45,036 nt of DNA from Octopus bimaculoides (GCF_001194135.2 NC_068985.1:120210655-120255690), one strand, 5' to 3'. Counted from the stretch's first letter, positions 23,872 to 37,001 are shown. A program made the numbers and translations. The notes: a model not told the origin generated them from the letters alone.

Positions 23872-23982
23872 ATTCAAATTACGACAAACGTAAACAAACA
23901 AGCGAAGCTTACCTTTAGAAACGTTCTCAACGCTTCTAAAAGCAAGCTTCGCTTGTTTGTTTACGTTTCTCGTAATTTGAAT
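23872..23982. repeat. Near-perfect inverted repeat (39-bp arms, 38/39 paired) with a structured 33-nt spacer
   Basis: Arms are 23872-23910 and 23944-23982; inner stems TTTAGAA/TTCTAAA and CGTT/AACG close a 3-nt loop. Confidence 0.95.
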
Positions 23983-24047
23983 TTAACATATGAGAGCGTC
24001 TCATAAAGCGAGATTTATATATCTTAATTTGCAGTGGAATTTGTGGT

Positions 24048-24123
24048 GGTGAGTTTAGCTTAATCGGCAAAAGCATCGTCGCATGTAATGACGGGGATGT
24101 GAGTTCGAGTCCACAGCTGGCCA
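24048..24123 (+). tRNA. tRNA-Thr(TGT)-like sequence, probably a pseudogene or atypical tRNA
   Basis: Cloverleaf-like: D stem GCTT/AAGC, anticodon stem CGTCG/TGACG with loop CATGTAA, T loop TTCGAGT. It has one acceptor mismatch, A instead of U33, and a one-base gap in the T stem. Confidence 0.45.
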
Positions 24124-24366
24124 CCTACACTTTTCTCTGCAAAAATAGGGATAGTTTATCCTGTTCAGGCTATATTATCAGCATTATTCTGCGATTGAGA
24201 ATTTAAACATCACTTTTTTAACTTTCTATAAAATAGCTTATAGTTATAATGGATGTAGTTGTGTCATTCGAACTAGTAACAGGCGCAGGTTCAGCAAAAG
24301 TTTTGGTGGTATTTTTCTATTTTTACTCCCAGTTTCTTATATTTGCTTGATTTAAAAAATTACACC

Positions 24367-24691
24367 TGTGGGGTAAAAGGCTTGCTTACCAACCACATGG
24401 TTCCTAACCACATGTTTCCAAACCACGTGCTTCTCAACTACATGCGTAGCACCTTGGGCAAGTGTCTTCAATTATAGCCTCAAACCAACCAAATCCTTGT
24501 GGGTGAATTTTGTAGATGGAAACTGAGAGAAGCCCGTCGCGTGTATATACACATATATATGTATTATTGTGTGTGTCTTTATGTCTGTGTTTATCCCTCC
24601 CAATCACCACTTGACAACCGGTATTGGTGTGTTTACGTTCCCGTAATGTAGCGGTTCGACAAAAGTTATCGATAAAATAAGTACTAGGCTT
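24367..24691 (+). mobile_element. tRNA-derived SINE with an internal 15-nt tandem amplification
   Basis: Homologous to 23266-23405 (caccttgggcaagtgtctt...gaaactga.agaagcccgtcg) and to 20790-20960. Confidence 0.85.
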
Positions 24692-26261
24692 NNNNNNNNN
24701 NNNNNNNNNNNNNNNNNNNNNNNNNNNNNNNNNNNNNNNNNNNNNNNNNNNNNNNNNNNNNNNNNNNNNNNNNNNNNNNNNNNNNNNNNNNNNNNNNNNN
24801 NNNNNNNNNNNNNNNNNNNNNNNNNNNNNNNNNNNNNNNNNNNNNNNNNNNNNNNNNNNNNNNNNNNNNNNNNNNNTGTGTGTGTGTGTGTGTGTGTGCG
24901 TGTGTGTGTGTGTGTGTGTACTTTATTATTAAAGCTGCAGAATCATCACAAAAATATCACAAAAAGCTGCTACTCAGAATTTCAGGTTCCCGTTCATCGG
25001 ACAGTTTGTTTGAGAATGGAACAAAGAATAAAGCTTATACGTATAAATACACAATTTACATTGAAGATACACATTTGAAATCGGTTTTGTTTCAATGGTC
25101 CTTTCAACTAACGGTCTTTTTAAGAACCAGTGATATACATAAAATTAAAATGGCGACTTAAAAATCATATTACGTAAAATCGAAGAAAACCTTAAATCAG
25201 AAATTAGCTTTAACTAGAAGGAAAAAAAAAACGCATATATGCCTAGAATAAATTAATTAATGGTAAAATAAATTCAATTAAAAAATATAAGTCTGTTTGT
25301 AATAAAATATTCACTTACAGAGATATAAACAGCATAAAAATAAACACACGTACAAACGTATACCAAAATTTACCTATGCATACACACACAACAAACATAT
25401 ACATATATATATACACTAAGCATACAAACGTTGATATATGTATGCATACATATATACAAGCACATACAGGCAAACTATAAAAGTGAATATATATACTACT
25501 GCATATATAGGTATCTATATATATATATACACACATCATAAGTCTCAGTGCGTATATTCTCAATGCCCAACTATGATGTTGCAAGTATAGAAAAAGAACG
25601 AGAAAAAGAATCAGAAGGAGGGAGAAAGAAAAAGTAAGAGAAAGAGAAAAATAGAAAGAGGGAAAGAAGATGATTTGAAAAATAGCGTTTCTTAATGTAT
25701 CTTACTATTGTCAGATACATTGAAAAGTCTTCTGGAAGCTTGTAAACGCACACATATAAGAAAATTCACACATATAAAACAGACATACATATCCACATAA
25801 ATGCGTGCATATATACAATTGTAACGCACATATATACACGCATACAAATATACAGATAAACATATACGTACATATATATATATATCTACATACATACACG
25901 TCAAGATTCATATATACACCATAACGTATATACGCATACGAATATATTAAAAACACTCTGGTGCATTGAATATTAAAATCAGAAAACGGTGCAAAAAATT
26001 AATGTAATGTAAATATGAAAAAATATGAATTTAAATATTAAAAAATTGAAATAGAAAAATTCAAATTTAAGATTTGAAGAATAACTAAAAATTTGACCCA
26101 CGTTGAAATTTAAATTTAAAATTGTAAACAGTCGAAGTTTTTCTTGAAAGTCGAAAAATGTAAAATGTAAGATGTAAAGGCGATAGATGGAAGTGAATAT
26201 TATACAAAATGTTGCCTGTTTTTAGGTGGAAAAGCCAATTTCAAATGCGGAAGTCAAATAT

Positions 26262-28230
26262 TATCCTTATGGTATTTTATCACACGACATTTTATACCAC
26301 GTAGCATGTCAGCAGAAATTCAAAAGCTCCTGTCTTTGGTTCAATGCTTATTTATCCTGGAACCAGATGAAAAGCCTTTCAGTCAGGAACAAATTGCACC
26401 TCACTGGGCGTCTATGTGCTCCATGCTGATATGGTGCAGCTTTCTCCAAAATCGTCTTGCCAATATTGAAAGAACGGGTATCATTTTCTTTGAAATACCA
26501 GACATGTCTTGCAAGACTCCTTGCTGTCCTATTTTCGGGGTATCGAAATGAATTTCGGTGGGAACATAATCAAGTTTTAAGGAATTTTCCGAAGCTCCCG
26601 TATATGTTTTGTATTCTTGTGAGCCATCTATTTGCACCTTAGCTCTATAAACAATTCCTTTCGCTAGACAATTTTCGACTAACGGACAGCAACTTTGATA
26701 TTTACAATTGCAATTCTTCTGGTTATTTCCGGTACTGTGGTTGCTTCGAATAGTTTTCGTGGAGTGCTGGTTAATTAAAGGGGTGAAACTCTTGCAACAA
26801 GAATAGCTAATCTTTAGCGGTCTTCTTTTCAAAATTCTATAGAACTTATTCATTTCTTGAAAGTACGTAGAAGCTAGTGTCAAGAATTCTCTACCTACAT
26901 TAGTTTTTACTGCAATGTTAAATGCCGGATGAAACCATAGAACTTTCCTAGTTCTAGTTCTACGTGTTCTATTATTTCTAGTAGTGTTTTCACTAAGCTG
27001 GATCTTCTCCGAGAATCCGCTGTTCCTTAATGCGTTATTATACTACGGCGCGGCATTTTGAAACGCTATCTCATCTGAAGATATGGATATGCACCTTCCT
27101 ATATTATTCACTAAATTCTTAAATACTACGATAGATGATTTGATTCTTTCTTAATATAATTATAGTTTTTCATTAGGATTATAATTGGGTTTAAATTTAT
27201 CTAATTGCAAATCTAAGTTAATATCTATAAAAAAAAATCTACATTATTAATGTTAGTATCTATCGTTATCCATAAGCCCATTCTTCGGAAGAAAGCGATA
27301 AGATTCTTCGTAAGTCTATCTAACTCATGACCGTTCTGATTCCGGGTGACTATCAGAACGTCATCCCTGTAAAATCCTGCATCTATAAAAGGAAATTTCA
27401 GATGCATGTTCTGCAAAATATAAGCTCCTATAAGCATACATATCTCCGCCCCATCATATGCCCCCATCGGCACATTGAATAAGGTAGACTTGCTCCTTTT
27501 GACCCAGGTGGAATCATCGTAAAAAAGGAGGGATATCCTTCTTTACAGGATAATATCTATATCCGAACTGTCGATGGTAACATATCGCTTGGTGAAGTCT
27601 AATGCTTTAAGAAGTAGAAGCCTAGATATTGACAGGAAAGATCGACAATATCGAACGGCATAAATTTGTAGTTATATTTATGGCTAATTCCCTTGAACTA
27701 ATCTACAACTCACTATCTCCCGAAATCTGTCAATTTTATTCTCCATTTAACTTGTTTAAAATAGAATCTAAAATATTTTTGCAAATAATGCCCATATCTG
27801 TTTCTATTGGGTTGATTAGTCTACAAGAACATTTGGACATTTATTTTTTAATCACTACAATTGTTTCGACGCACCTTAGTTCTTAGTTCTCTTGATTATG
27901 CAAATGTTTCCTTGCATTATGAGATCTAGTTTTGTTTCCTCATGTGATATGTAAAAACTGTTTTCGTAAGTTTAAAATCTTCCCTTTCAAGAACATCTAT
28001 CGTGGCCTGAATTTAGTAGTTGTCACTTAGCTTATCAGGGTGTTTTGTTGCCGAAGAGCCCTTGTGAGACTGCTTTGAATGTGTAGATGTAGTGGGATGG
28101 TGATTCTGATACTGTTAAAGAAATTGCCATTTTAAAGGGATTTGTAATTTATTTCTTTGTACTGATGATTTGTTCTTCATGGTTGATTACACATGCGATT
28201 GTCCTAGCTGGCCTTTAAGATTTAACGCTC
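26262..28230 (-). mobile_element. Penelope-like retroelement (Naiad-like: RT followed by C-terminal GIY-YIG endonuclease), disrupted
   Basis: Translated motifs CRLINP, FDIVD, WVKRSKSTLFNVPMGAYDGAEIC, GFYRDD, WFHPAFN..VKTNVG, KISYSC, CNCK..CCPL..NCL, KTYTGASEN, CNLFLTE. Multiple stops and frameshifts. The 5' boundary is uncertain. Confidence 0.9.
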
Positions 28231-30904
28231 GGTCATATACATGCATACATACGCATAAACACACACACACATACATTCACACACGCACTTACATATATAC
28301 GCATACATATGCATTTGTGTATATATATATATATATGCACACATACATATACATACGTATATACACACACGCTCACATATATGGATATATACGCGCACTC
28401 ACATACATACACATATATAAACATACCTACTATCGCATGCATATACGTACACAGATGCTCGTGTATGCATACATACGCTTACACACGCGCGCGTGAACAC
28501 ACACACGTATATATCTACTAACACACGCGCGCGCGCACGGAACACTCACACTCATGTATACAAATACATATATTCACACACACACATGTCCATATACAAA
28601 CATATCTACGCATACATATATATATGCTCATATACTTACAAACGTGCATACATAGGTACATGTATACTCACAATTGCTTAGTATGATTTCAACGCTTACT
28701 CTTAAACCGACATTTTTACATAATTTCTTGCTTATTCTGCATTTATTATATTTCCAGCTAATCTATTCTACTGTTAATTCTTTTGCACTCTTTGTGTCAT
28801 ATTTTATGCCGTTGGATATGAGTGCATTACACGCTTATTTCACCCACTTTACGCCGCACTCTCTATTTCTTAGAGTAATCATGTCATCTACCTTAGGATA
28901 AAGAAATTTGCTGACTAAGTAAAGTTAGCTGTATCTTTCATAGAGACTTGTCTCTTTGTTTGAAATATCGATCTAGCATGGAAATCTATTGATGAGTGAA
29001 GATTCACCACCGGCCTTGTTTAATCGTATATTTTAGGCTTTTACTCTTTGAGCAAAACTTATCTATCGGTTGTCAATGTACTTAACACTCTTAGATTGTT
29101 AACTACTATTAACCATTGATGGGCAATTTGAGGCGGTAATAAATTTGACCATTGTAAGTTGGAGAAAAAGAGTAAAACTAATGAGGGTTTGTTACAGTGG
29201 AGACTCTGGTTCATGTCCTTGTATGAGACCAGGAACTGCCTGATTTCCTATAAATTTACTTTCCCTGTGTAAACGAGGCAAATACTAAATTTTCTCCTAC
29301 TATATCTACGGCGGAAGGGACCAATGCCCATAAAAATATTTAAGAGAATTGTAGTAGTACATATACAATTACTCCAACCTATAGTAAGATATAATAATCA
29401 GAGTATAAATCACTCTTAATCACCGTTTACGGGGGGAAATGGTTTAATGCCAACACACACAATACAGAAGGGCATAAAAATACCGAACAAAAATATATAC
29501 TTTCCCAGCAGGTACAACGCCTTCTACGTCTGGCTGAGGAACTTCGATAATACTCAGACAAATTAGGAGTTTTTTGGTGTTGTTCACGGAACCGAGGGAA
29601 TATTAGCCGAAGAATATCTTTCATCTAAATCATTGTTTGATGCTTCTTATGCAAAACTTGTTGGCAATAAATAGATTTGCCAATTAATTCTATACTTTAT
29701 TCTTTATTCTGTCCCTTTGGAATCGCAAGGGTGGATTTTGTGTATTTTTGAAAAATATACACGAAATATCCATATTTCATTCAACTTCCTTCTTAGTATT
29801 TACCTGTGATAGGTTTACAACATGTAGTTCCCCAGATGTACATATTACACCGTTGAGCTTCAAATTTATGCTAAACTCATTCTTGACAGCCAGGTTCATG
29901 ATGCTCTAAGTTCTGGCCATCTTTACGCTTAGTCTTCAATAAACCAACTGAAAAGTATAATAAAAGAAAATAAAAAGAAATCTAACATTTCGTAAACACA
30001 GGAAATATACACTTTTCCTAGAATAACTTAAAAGATTTTTAGAATCAAAATCTTTTTTAAGAGTTAGAATTAAAATCTTTTAGTTTCAAAATAAGGTTTC
30101 TATATGATTTCGATTTCTTGTTTTAGTTTGGATTTACGGATTAAAATTTTGTGTTAAAGGTGTTAATTGAAGGTGATGGATTCGCTAAGATAATGGTAAG
30201 CTTGGTGTTAACCTAATGTAGTGAGCAAAAAGATGCTAATTAATTAAAATTCTGAGATTGTGTTCCTGGAATTCTTGAGCAGAATTAATCATTAAGCTAA
30301 CGATCACTTCCCTTCACCAGGAGGTAAATTAATTAACATTTTATGACTCGCCGCATTATGTAATATGTTAGCCTCGAACTTTTTATTTGTTTCCCATACA
30401 GAGCATGTTGCTGGGCTTTGTTACTAGAGACATAAACAAGTCAGACGAAATGATTTAAAGATGCCAATTTAACTCTTTACATTCTGGCTTTAGCCTCATT
30501 GGATCCAGTTTAATATCCTTCCGTCTGAAATCAATAAAATATATAGTAACTTATAAAATAATCGATATAGATTTAATTGACGGTAGTTAATGTCTTCATG
30601 CGAAAGATTGATCTTGCATTAAGGATAAATAAATACCATACCGAAGAGAAATGAAAACACCTACTCATGATGTAATGACTTTAGCTGTGTTAGACTGCCA
30701 TAAATATCAATGGCTAAAATTAAATAAAATAAATAATTGGTGATTACGTTTCTTAGTTTTATTCACAACGGAACGTTAACACTGCTTCAATCCTTCTCAA
30801 CTAAATATATGCAGTACAACATTCGTATAATGAGAAGCATGGTCTCATTACCTGCAACTCATAAAAACAGGAGTAACAGATTTGTACCCGGGAAATTTCT
30901 TGTT

Positions 30905-31060
30905 CGTTTGGACTCGGAAATTGTTCTATAAGAGTGAGGTTCCTTTCGCGACTAAATGGTTCCGGTTTCCATCCTTATTGCAAAGCATCTAAGGAAAGTG
31001 TATTCTTTCATAACCTCGATTCGACTATAGCCTTATGAATAAAATACGATGGCCGGAATT
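30905..31060 (+). mobile_element. Highly degenerate SINE (24367 family)
   Basis: Residual tggttccgg.tt.c..cc..tgc..agca.ct..gg.aagtgt.ttct and ctatagcct. Confidence 0.4.
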
Positions 31061-31424
31061 TTGTCCTCAAATTTTCTTTTGTGCTTACGTGATACGCTAA
31101 ATTGTCGTTGGATGTCTTGAGCAAATTTCTTTCGGTTTCATGCATTTGGACTGCGTCTCCTGCCTTAGAAAGCACCCTTTCAACTTTGCAGCAATCATCG
31201 AGTCATTGAAAATATCTGTAGTTGCTTCTATTTTATCGTCGATTAATTCATTTAAAAATATAAAAAAAGATTTGAGCATATGCAAACACTTAACACAGTT
31301 GAATTTTCGATTTCCACCAGGAATCGACAAAGTACCATTAGTAAAGATACATGAAAGTCACATTTTACCATTTCCGTTTTTGTTTCCCGTTTACTTTTCT
31401 AATTTAGATATAAGGGCAGCAATT

Positions 31425-31605
31425 TAAAGGTAGGTGGTATTACTTCATATTATCAACTCCAGTACTTAGCTAATACTTTATTTTACCAACTCCGAAGGTA
31501 AGAAAAAGAGATTTGCTTCAGTGGGATTTAAACACAGAATGTAAAGAGCCAAAAGTAATATTGTCAATTCTTATTCTTTCGCTCTAACGAGTCTGCCAGT
31601 TGATT
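31425..31605 (-). mobile_element. Degenerate SINE (AGGCGG-headed family)
   Basis: Residual ccagtact....ct..tact, ccgaagg, gg.attt.aac.cagaa.gtaaag, tctgccagt. Confidence 0.5.
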
Positions 31606-32044
31606 GCACAAGATTAAAAACAGAAAACATTTCAAAAGAAAAGACATAATTCATAGTCAGTGCATTAAAGACGATAACTTATTTCAAGCCTAAAGTAAAA
31701 ATATTGAAATTAACCAGAGACACTCACTCATAGATACACACAGAGACATTCATAGACACGCACAGACACACACGCACACGTACACTACACACACAAAAAT
31801 GCGCGCACACGCGCACATCTCTTTTATGTATTAACGCATAAGTATAACAACAAAGTTTGCTTTTCGATTAAAAACTCCAGTCGTATTTTGTCTAATAACA
31901 CAATAATTAACAAAATTCTTATGCTATTGTCAATGCAACAAGATATGGCATAGTTTTCTTTAATCTGCTGTATAATAGAAACATAAGTGTGTGCGTGTGT
32001 GTGTGTGTGTGAGTGAGAGAGTATTTAATGTAAACTGAAAATGA

Positions 32045-32046
<2 letters not shown>

Positions 32047-32098
<52 letters not shown>

Positions 32099-32117
32099 GC
32101 ACGCACGCATGCACACG

Positions 32118-32152
<35 letters not shown>
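32047..32152. repeat. (CT)n followed by (CA)n/(CG)n microsatellite
   Basis: Direct reading. Confidence 0.95.
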
Positions 32153-32154
<2 letters not shown>

Positions 32155-32240
32155 ACGCACTCACAAACACACATACAAGCATGCGCGGTTATTTAAATAA
32201 GAACTATATATAATATTATCATTATTATCATTGTTATTAA

Positions 32241-32532
32241 GGAGGCGAGCCAGCAGAATCGGTAGCGCGCCGGAAAAAAACGCTTAGCGACGTTTTGTCC
32301 TTCCTTACATTCTGAGTTCAAATTCCGCCGAGGTTGACTTTACCTTTCATCCTTTCGGGAGCGATTAAATAAGTACCAGTTACAGAANNNNNNNNNNGCG
32401 AGCTGGCAGAATCGTTAACACGCCGGACGAAATGGTATTTCGTCCGCAGTTACGTTCTGAGTTCAAATTCCGCCGAGGTTGACTTTACCTTTCATCCTTT
32501 CGGGAGCGATTAAATAAGTACCAGTTACAGAA
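32241..32532 (+). mobile_element. Two tandem SINE copies separated by a 10-N gap
   Basis: Copies at 32241-32387 and 32398-32532; their last 78 nt are identical. Confidence 0.9.
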
Positions 32533-33693
32533 ATGTAAGACATTGTACTTCCAGTAGAAAGGATTATTACTATAATTATTATTATGTTTTTATTGTTCTT
32601 GTTGTTCGTGATTGTTTCATTTACTCGCTATTTGATCGTATATATGTTACTTCGGTTTTTGTCAGCGAAAGCAAAATAGAATCCATGCGGTAATGTCATC
32701 TGATAGTGTGAGTAGTCCTAAAATATTTATGCTGCCCTTATTTCTACCCTTATTTCCTTGTATGTCTCTTTCTTAATTTAAATTATTCATCTACTTTTCA
32801 TAACATCAATTTCTAAATACAACATTACAATGTCATGAATCTATGTATAGGTGACTGGTTTGTTTTATACTTTTAGTCCTGTCATATATTTGTAAGTCAT
32901 GCCTATAACCGATATAGTCTGAACACAATCGTGAATGCATACGTTATAATTATACATAAATGCATGAACATATACAATAAAGACGAATAACATTAATTGA
33001 AGAATCATACAAGATAAAGTCCTGATTTACATCCGAGAGGAGACTAAGTAAAAGACTCGTTTTATTGCTACGAATTCCAAATGAGAAGGGGGGGGGATAT
33101 TTTCAATAATTCGAGAATTTATATTCCATGATAATTGATATATATATGTAATTGACTTCATGGCACGTATTCATGACACTAATCATGAGTTATAACGCAT
33201 ACTTCCTTTTCGCTTGAATTATGCAGATTATCCTTAGCCATACATGTTTTCTGCTCTTTCCCATTTTGCGTTATATGCGACTATACCATCTGCTGGAGTC
33301 GAGGTAAGACGATTGGTGTGCTCATAAAACCTATTGAAGCAGAAACATGAGACAACAACTTCCTGCTATTTCGAAACCACGACCTTATTTATGGTTGTGA
33401 ATTCAGTCCCTAACCTGTAGGCCACATGCTATTTCACACACACACACACGCACGCACACAAGCTTGCATACATACACTTTCGCGCACATGTATGTACGCA
33501 CATATATAAATATATATTATTATATGATCGAACGCCACGCATCCTTTTCCANNNNNNNNNNNNNNNNNNNNNNNNNNNNNNNNNNNNNNNNNNNNNNNNN
33601 NNNNNNNNNNNNNNNNNNNNNNNNNNNNNNNNNNNNNNNNNNNNNNNNNNNNNNNNNNNNNNNNNNNNNNNNNNNNNNNNNNNNNNNNNNNNN

Positions 33694-33730
<37 letters not shown>

Positions 33731-34759
33731 ATATATATATATATATATATATAGATAGATAGATAGATAGACCTCTGTGTGCGTATTGGCTTTTCACGTG
33801 AATATATTTGTGGCATGCATGAATAATCTAACCTCTGATTCATAACAGGGTCATCAGTTTAATTTTTTATTAGAAGTAAATATTATTGCTTTATATAAAT
33901 GATTCCCTTCTTTCAAAAGATTTCTCAAATATTCCGTTTTCATTTGCGAAACTCTCACTCTTTATTTTAATGCTTTCATTTCAAGTTTTAATTTGCTTTT
34001 GGGAACAACTACGATAAATTACTGAAAGAAATATATACAAAGTTCACAAATTTCACTTGAACCCGCATATTTCGTTTATTTCCGTAAAAGGATCTTATTT
34101 ATATATTTTTGCCGGCTGTGTTCAGCTCTATGTATCTGTGGTCAATCACACAGGCACACGTATGTATTTGCATGTAAAATTTATGTATGTGTGTGTGTGT
34201 TTGTATGTGTATGAGAGAAAGAGAGAGATGAATCGGTGTATTGTCATGTATACGTACATACATAAATACATATGCATACAGCTCTTTTGTATGTGTGCGT
34301 GTGTGTGTGAGATAGAGAGTGAGATGGAGAAAGAGAAAGTGAGAAAGAAAGTGATGTTTAAGTGGCACTCACTCTCCCTCTCTCTCACACATACCCACGC
34401 ACACATACATACAAAAAGATGTATGCATATTTATTTATGCATGTACGTATACATGACAACGCACACTCTCATATGCACGCACACACACACACGTCTATTT
34501 CATCTGATGTTTGATGCTGTATGTATGTGAGTGGTTGCGTGCATGTATGTATGTGTGTATGCGTGCGAGTGTGTATGTGTGTCTATGTGTGTGTGTGTGT
34601 GTGCGTGCGTGCGTACGGCGTTCCACATTCGCCCTTTATTTCAATCACTTGTGAAAATATTCACGTAACTAATTTTTTCATTTAATCCCCATTTTAATTT
34701 TCAAAAAAGTTTCCGAAGATGTAGAGGATCAGTATTCTACAGTAAACCAAACACGAATA

Positions 34760-37001
34760 CATGTAGCCAAAGACAATGTCGACTTCTGCAACTCTGTTAA
34801 CTCTATTAAGCATTTTTGCAGATACATAAACAAAAGTTTATATGCTGCAACATGCACTCTTATGCAGAATGACAGTCAGCAGATAACTAAAAATGACGAC
34901 GTTGCACAGTATGACAGAAGATACATCAGTACCAATGAGCCTTTTTGGCACATCTTCAGCTTTTCCATTCATGAGAGGCACCCAGTTATCATTCATCTGA
35001 GTGTTCATCTAGAAAATGGCCACAGGGTTATCTTTACAAAACAAACAGACTTGCAACAAGCCCCCCCCCCCCAAATAATAAAATGAACCCTTACTGCCTT
35101 TTTATAGTTGTGTCGAATAGTCGAATAGTCGAATAGATGAATATGAAAGAAAACTCCTTTACCCACAATTGCCTAAATATTATACCTAGAGCAACAATAA
35201 ATGGCACAAGAAGAAACGAGGGGCTAACGTTCTTGCAAGGGTATACAACGTCCAGCCAAGCCAAGAAGAATGCTACTACTTACGGCCCCTTTGCATGAAA
35301 TACGCGGTACCAAATCATTCCAAGATTCGAGGAGGGTAAATGGTCATGTGTGTGAAACTTATAGGGAAGCATGCTACCAACAAGTTTTTTTTTAGAAACT
35401 GATGAGCATTGGGACATTGCACTGACTGAAGCATCAATATCAGATTTTTTTTGCAATTATACTGAATATGTGTCAACTTGGTACTCCCTTACAGCTTTGG
35501 ATGATACATCGTGAGGAATTAAGGTATGTAGTTCAATAGTCAAACCTGGATATCAATATTCAGTTCTATGAAACAATTTTAAACCAAGCACTGATTGAAA
35601 CTGGGGATCAGGTTTTGGCCATGGGAGGCAAGAATTTGCGAGAGTCTGGCTCTGGAATGCCAAAAACCATCAAATTCGTGCTTTAACTTCAAGAGACATA
35701 GCAAGATAGATAAATTATGACATTACAGAGTTGGCTGCATTTGTGAATGAACATGAATATAAACTTCTTCCAGAACAATGTTGTGCATATGATAAAATAA
35801 TTTCGTCAGTCAGAGAAGAAAGCGGAGAAAATTCCTTTCTTGATCTTCTGGTGACAGAGGTAAAACATTTGTAACAACATTGCTTCTCTCCAAGGTAAGG
35901 CAACGAAAAAGCATTGCAGTTGCTGTAGCATTGTCTGGCTTTGCTGCCACCATTCCTCCCAAGAGGACGAATAGACCATTCTGCTTTTAAATTAACGCTA
36001 AACCTGACAGTCAAATTTGTAACATAAGCAAAAGTTCAACCTCAGCAGAAGTGTTGCGCCATTGCTATCTGATCATTTGGGATGCATGCACTATGTCACA
36101 TAGTGGTGCAATGGAAGTTCTTGCTAAGACCTTACAAGGCATAAGAAGCAACAAAAAATCTATAGGATAAATTACATTAGGTTTCTCAGGAGACTTCAGA
36201 CATACATTACCAGTGATTCCGAGACAAACAGAATCCGATAAAATAAAAGCATGCATTAAGTATTGGAAAAATTATCCTTCAATACTAACCCGCGAGCTTT
36301 ATTACATAGGGACCAACGTGCAGAACAGTTTTCAACCTGGCTCCTCCAATTAGGAAACGGGTAAGTACCATTTCATGAGAATGGTCATATCAATTTGGCT
36401 CATATTTCTATCATGGTGAATTTCCCAGCTGAATAGAAGAACGGTAAAGGGTATTTCCAGACTTAGGTAATAATTATAATTCACATAAATGTTTGTGTAA
36501 AAGGGCAATTCTTGCTCCAAAAAATGAGACAGTAGCAAGGATTAACTATGAATTAATGAATAAGATTCCAACAGTTATTAAGGAGTACACATCAGTTGAT
36601 TCAGTCCATGATGAAAGTCGAGCTGTCCGTTACACCACAGAGTTCCTTAATTCTCTTGAGCCACCTGGAACTCATCCACAATCTGATAGAAGCAAGCTAC
36701 TATCATCACTGGATATACCGCTGGGGAAAGGTTTTTATTCCAAAAATTTCCAATCAAACCAACACACATGCCATTTGATTTCAAACCAACACAATTCCTC
36801 GTGTGACTTTGCTTCGTAATGTCTATTAATGAAGCTCAAGGTCAGACTTTGAAATCTACTGGCTTGCACTTAATTGAGCCCTGCTTTTCTCATCGTCAAC
36901 TTTATGTTGGTTCCTCCAGGGATGGCAGTTTGCAAGACTTATTTCTCAATATCCAAACCAGAAAACAAAGAATGTTTACCCAGACGCTCCTCCCTTCATA
37001 A
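34760..37001 (+). mobile_element. Helitron Rep/PIF1-helicase remnant with stops, frameshifts and internal deletions
   Basis: Motifs NVDFCNSVNSIK, RYISTNEPFWHIFSFSIHERHP.IIHLSVHLENG, RVYNVQP...CYYLR, HSAFKL, GDFRH.LPVIP, RAILAPKN...YTTEFLNSLEPPG, MSINEAQGQTL...CFSHRQLYVGSSR. Confidence 0.92.

Noticed and set aside
29427-29624. Short ORFs around 29500-29600 (MKDILRLIF...; RYNAFYVWLRNF...)
   Set aside because: No consistent splice pair and no recognisable family.
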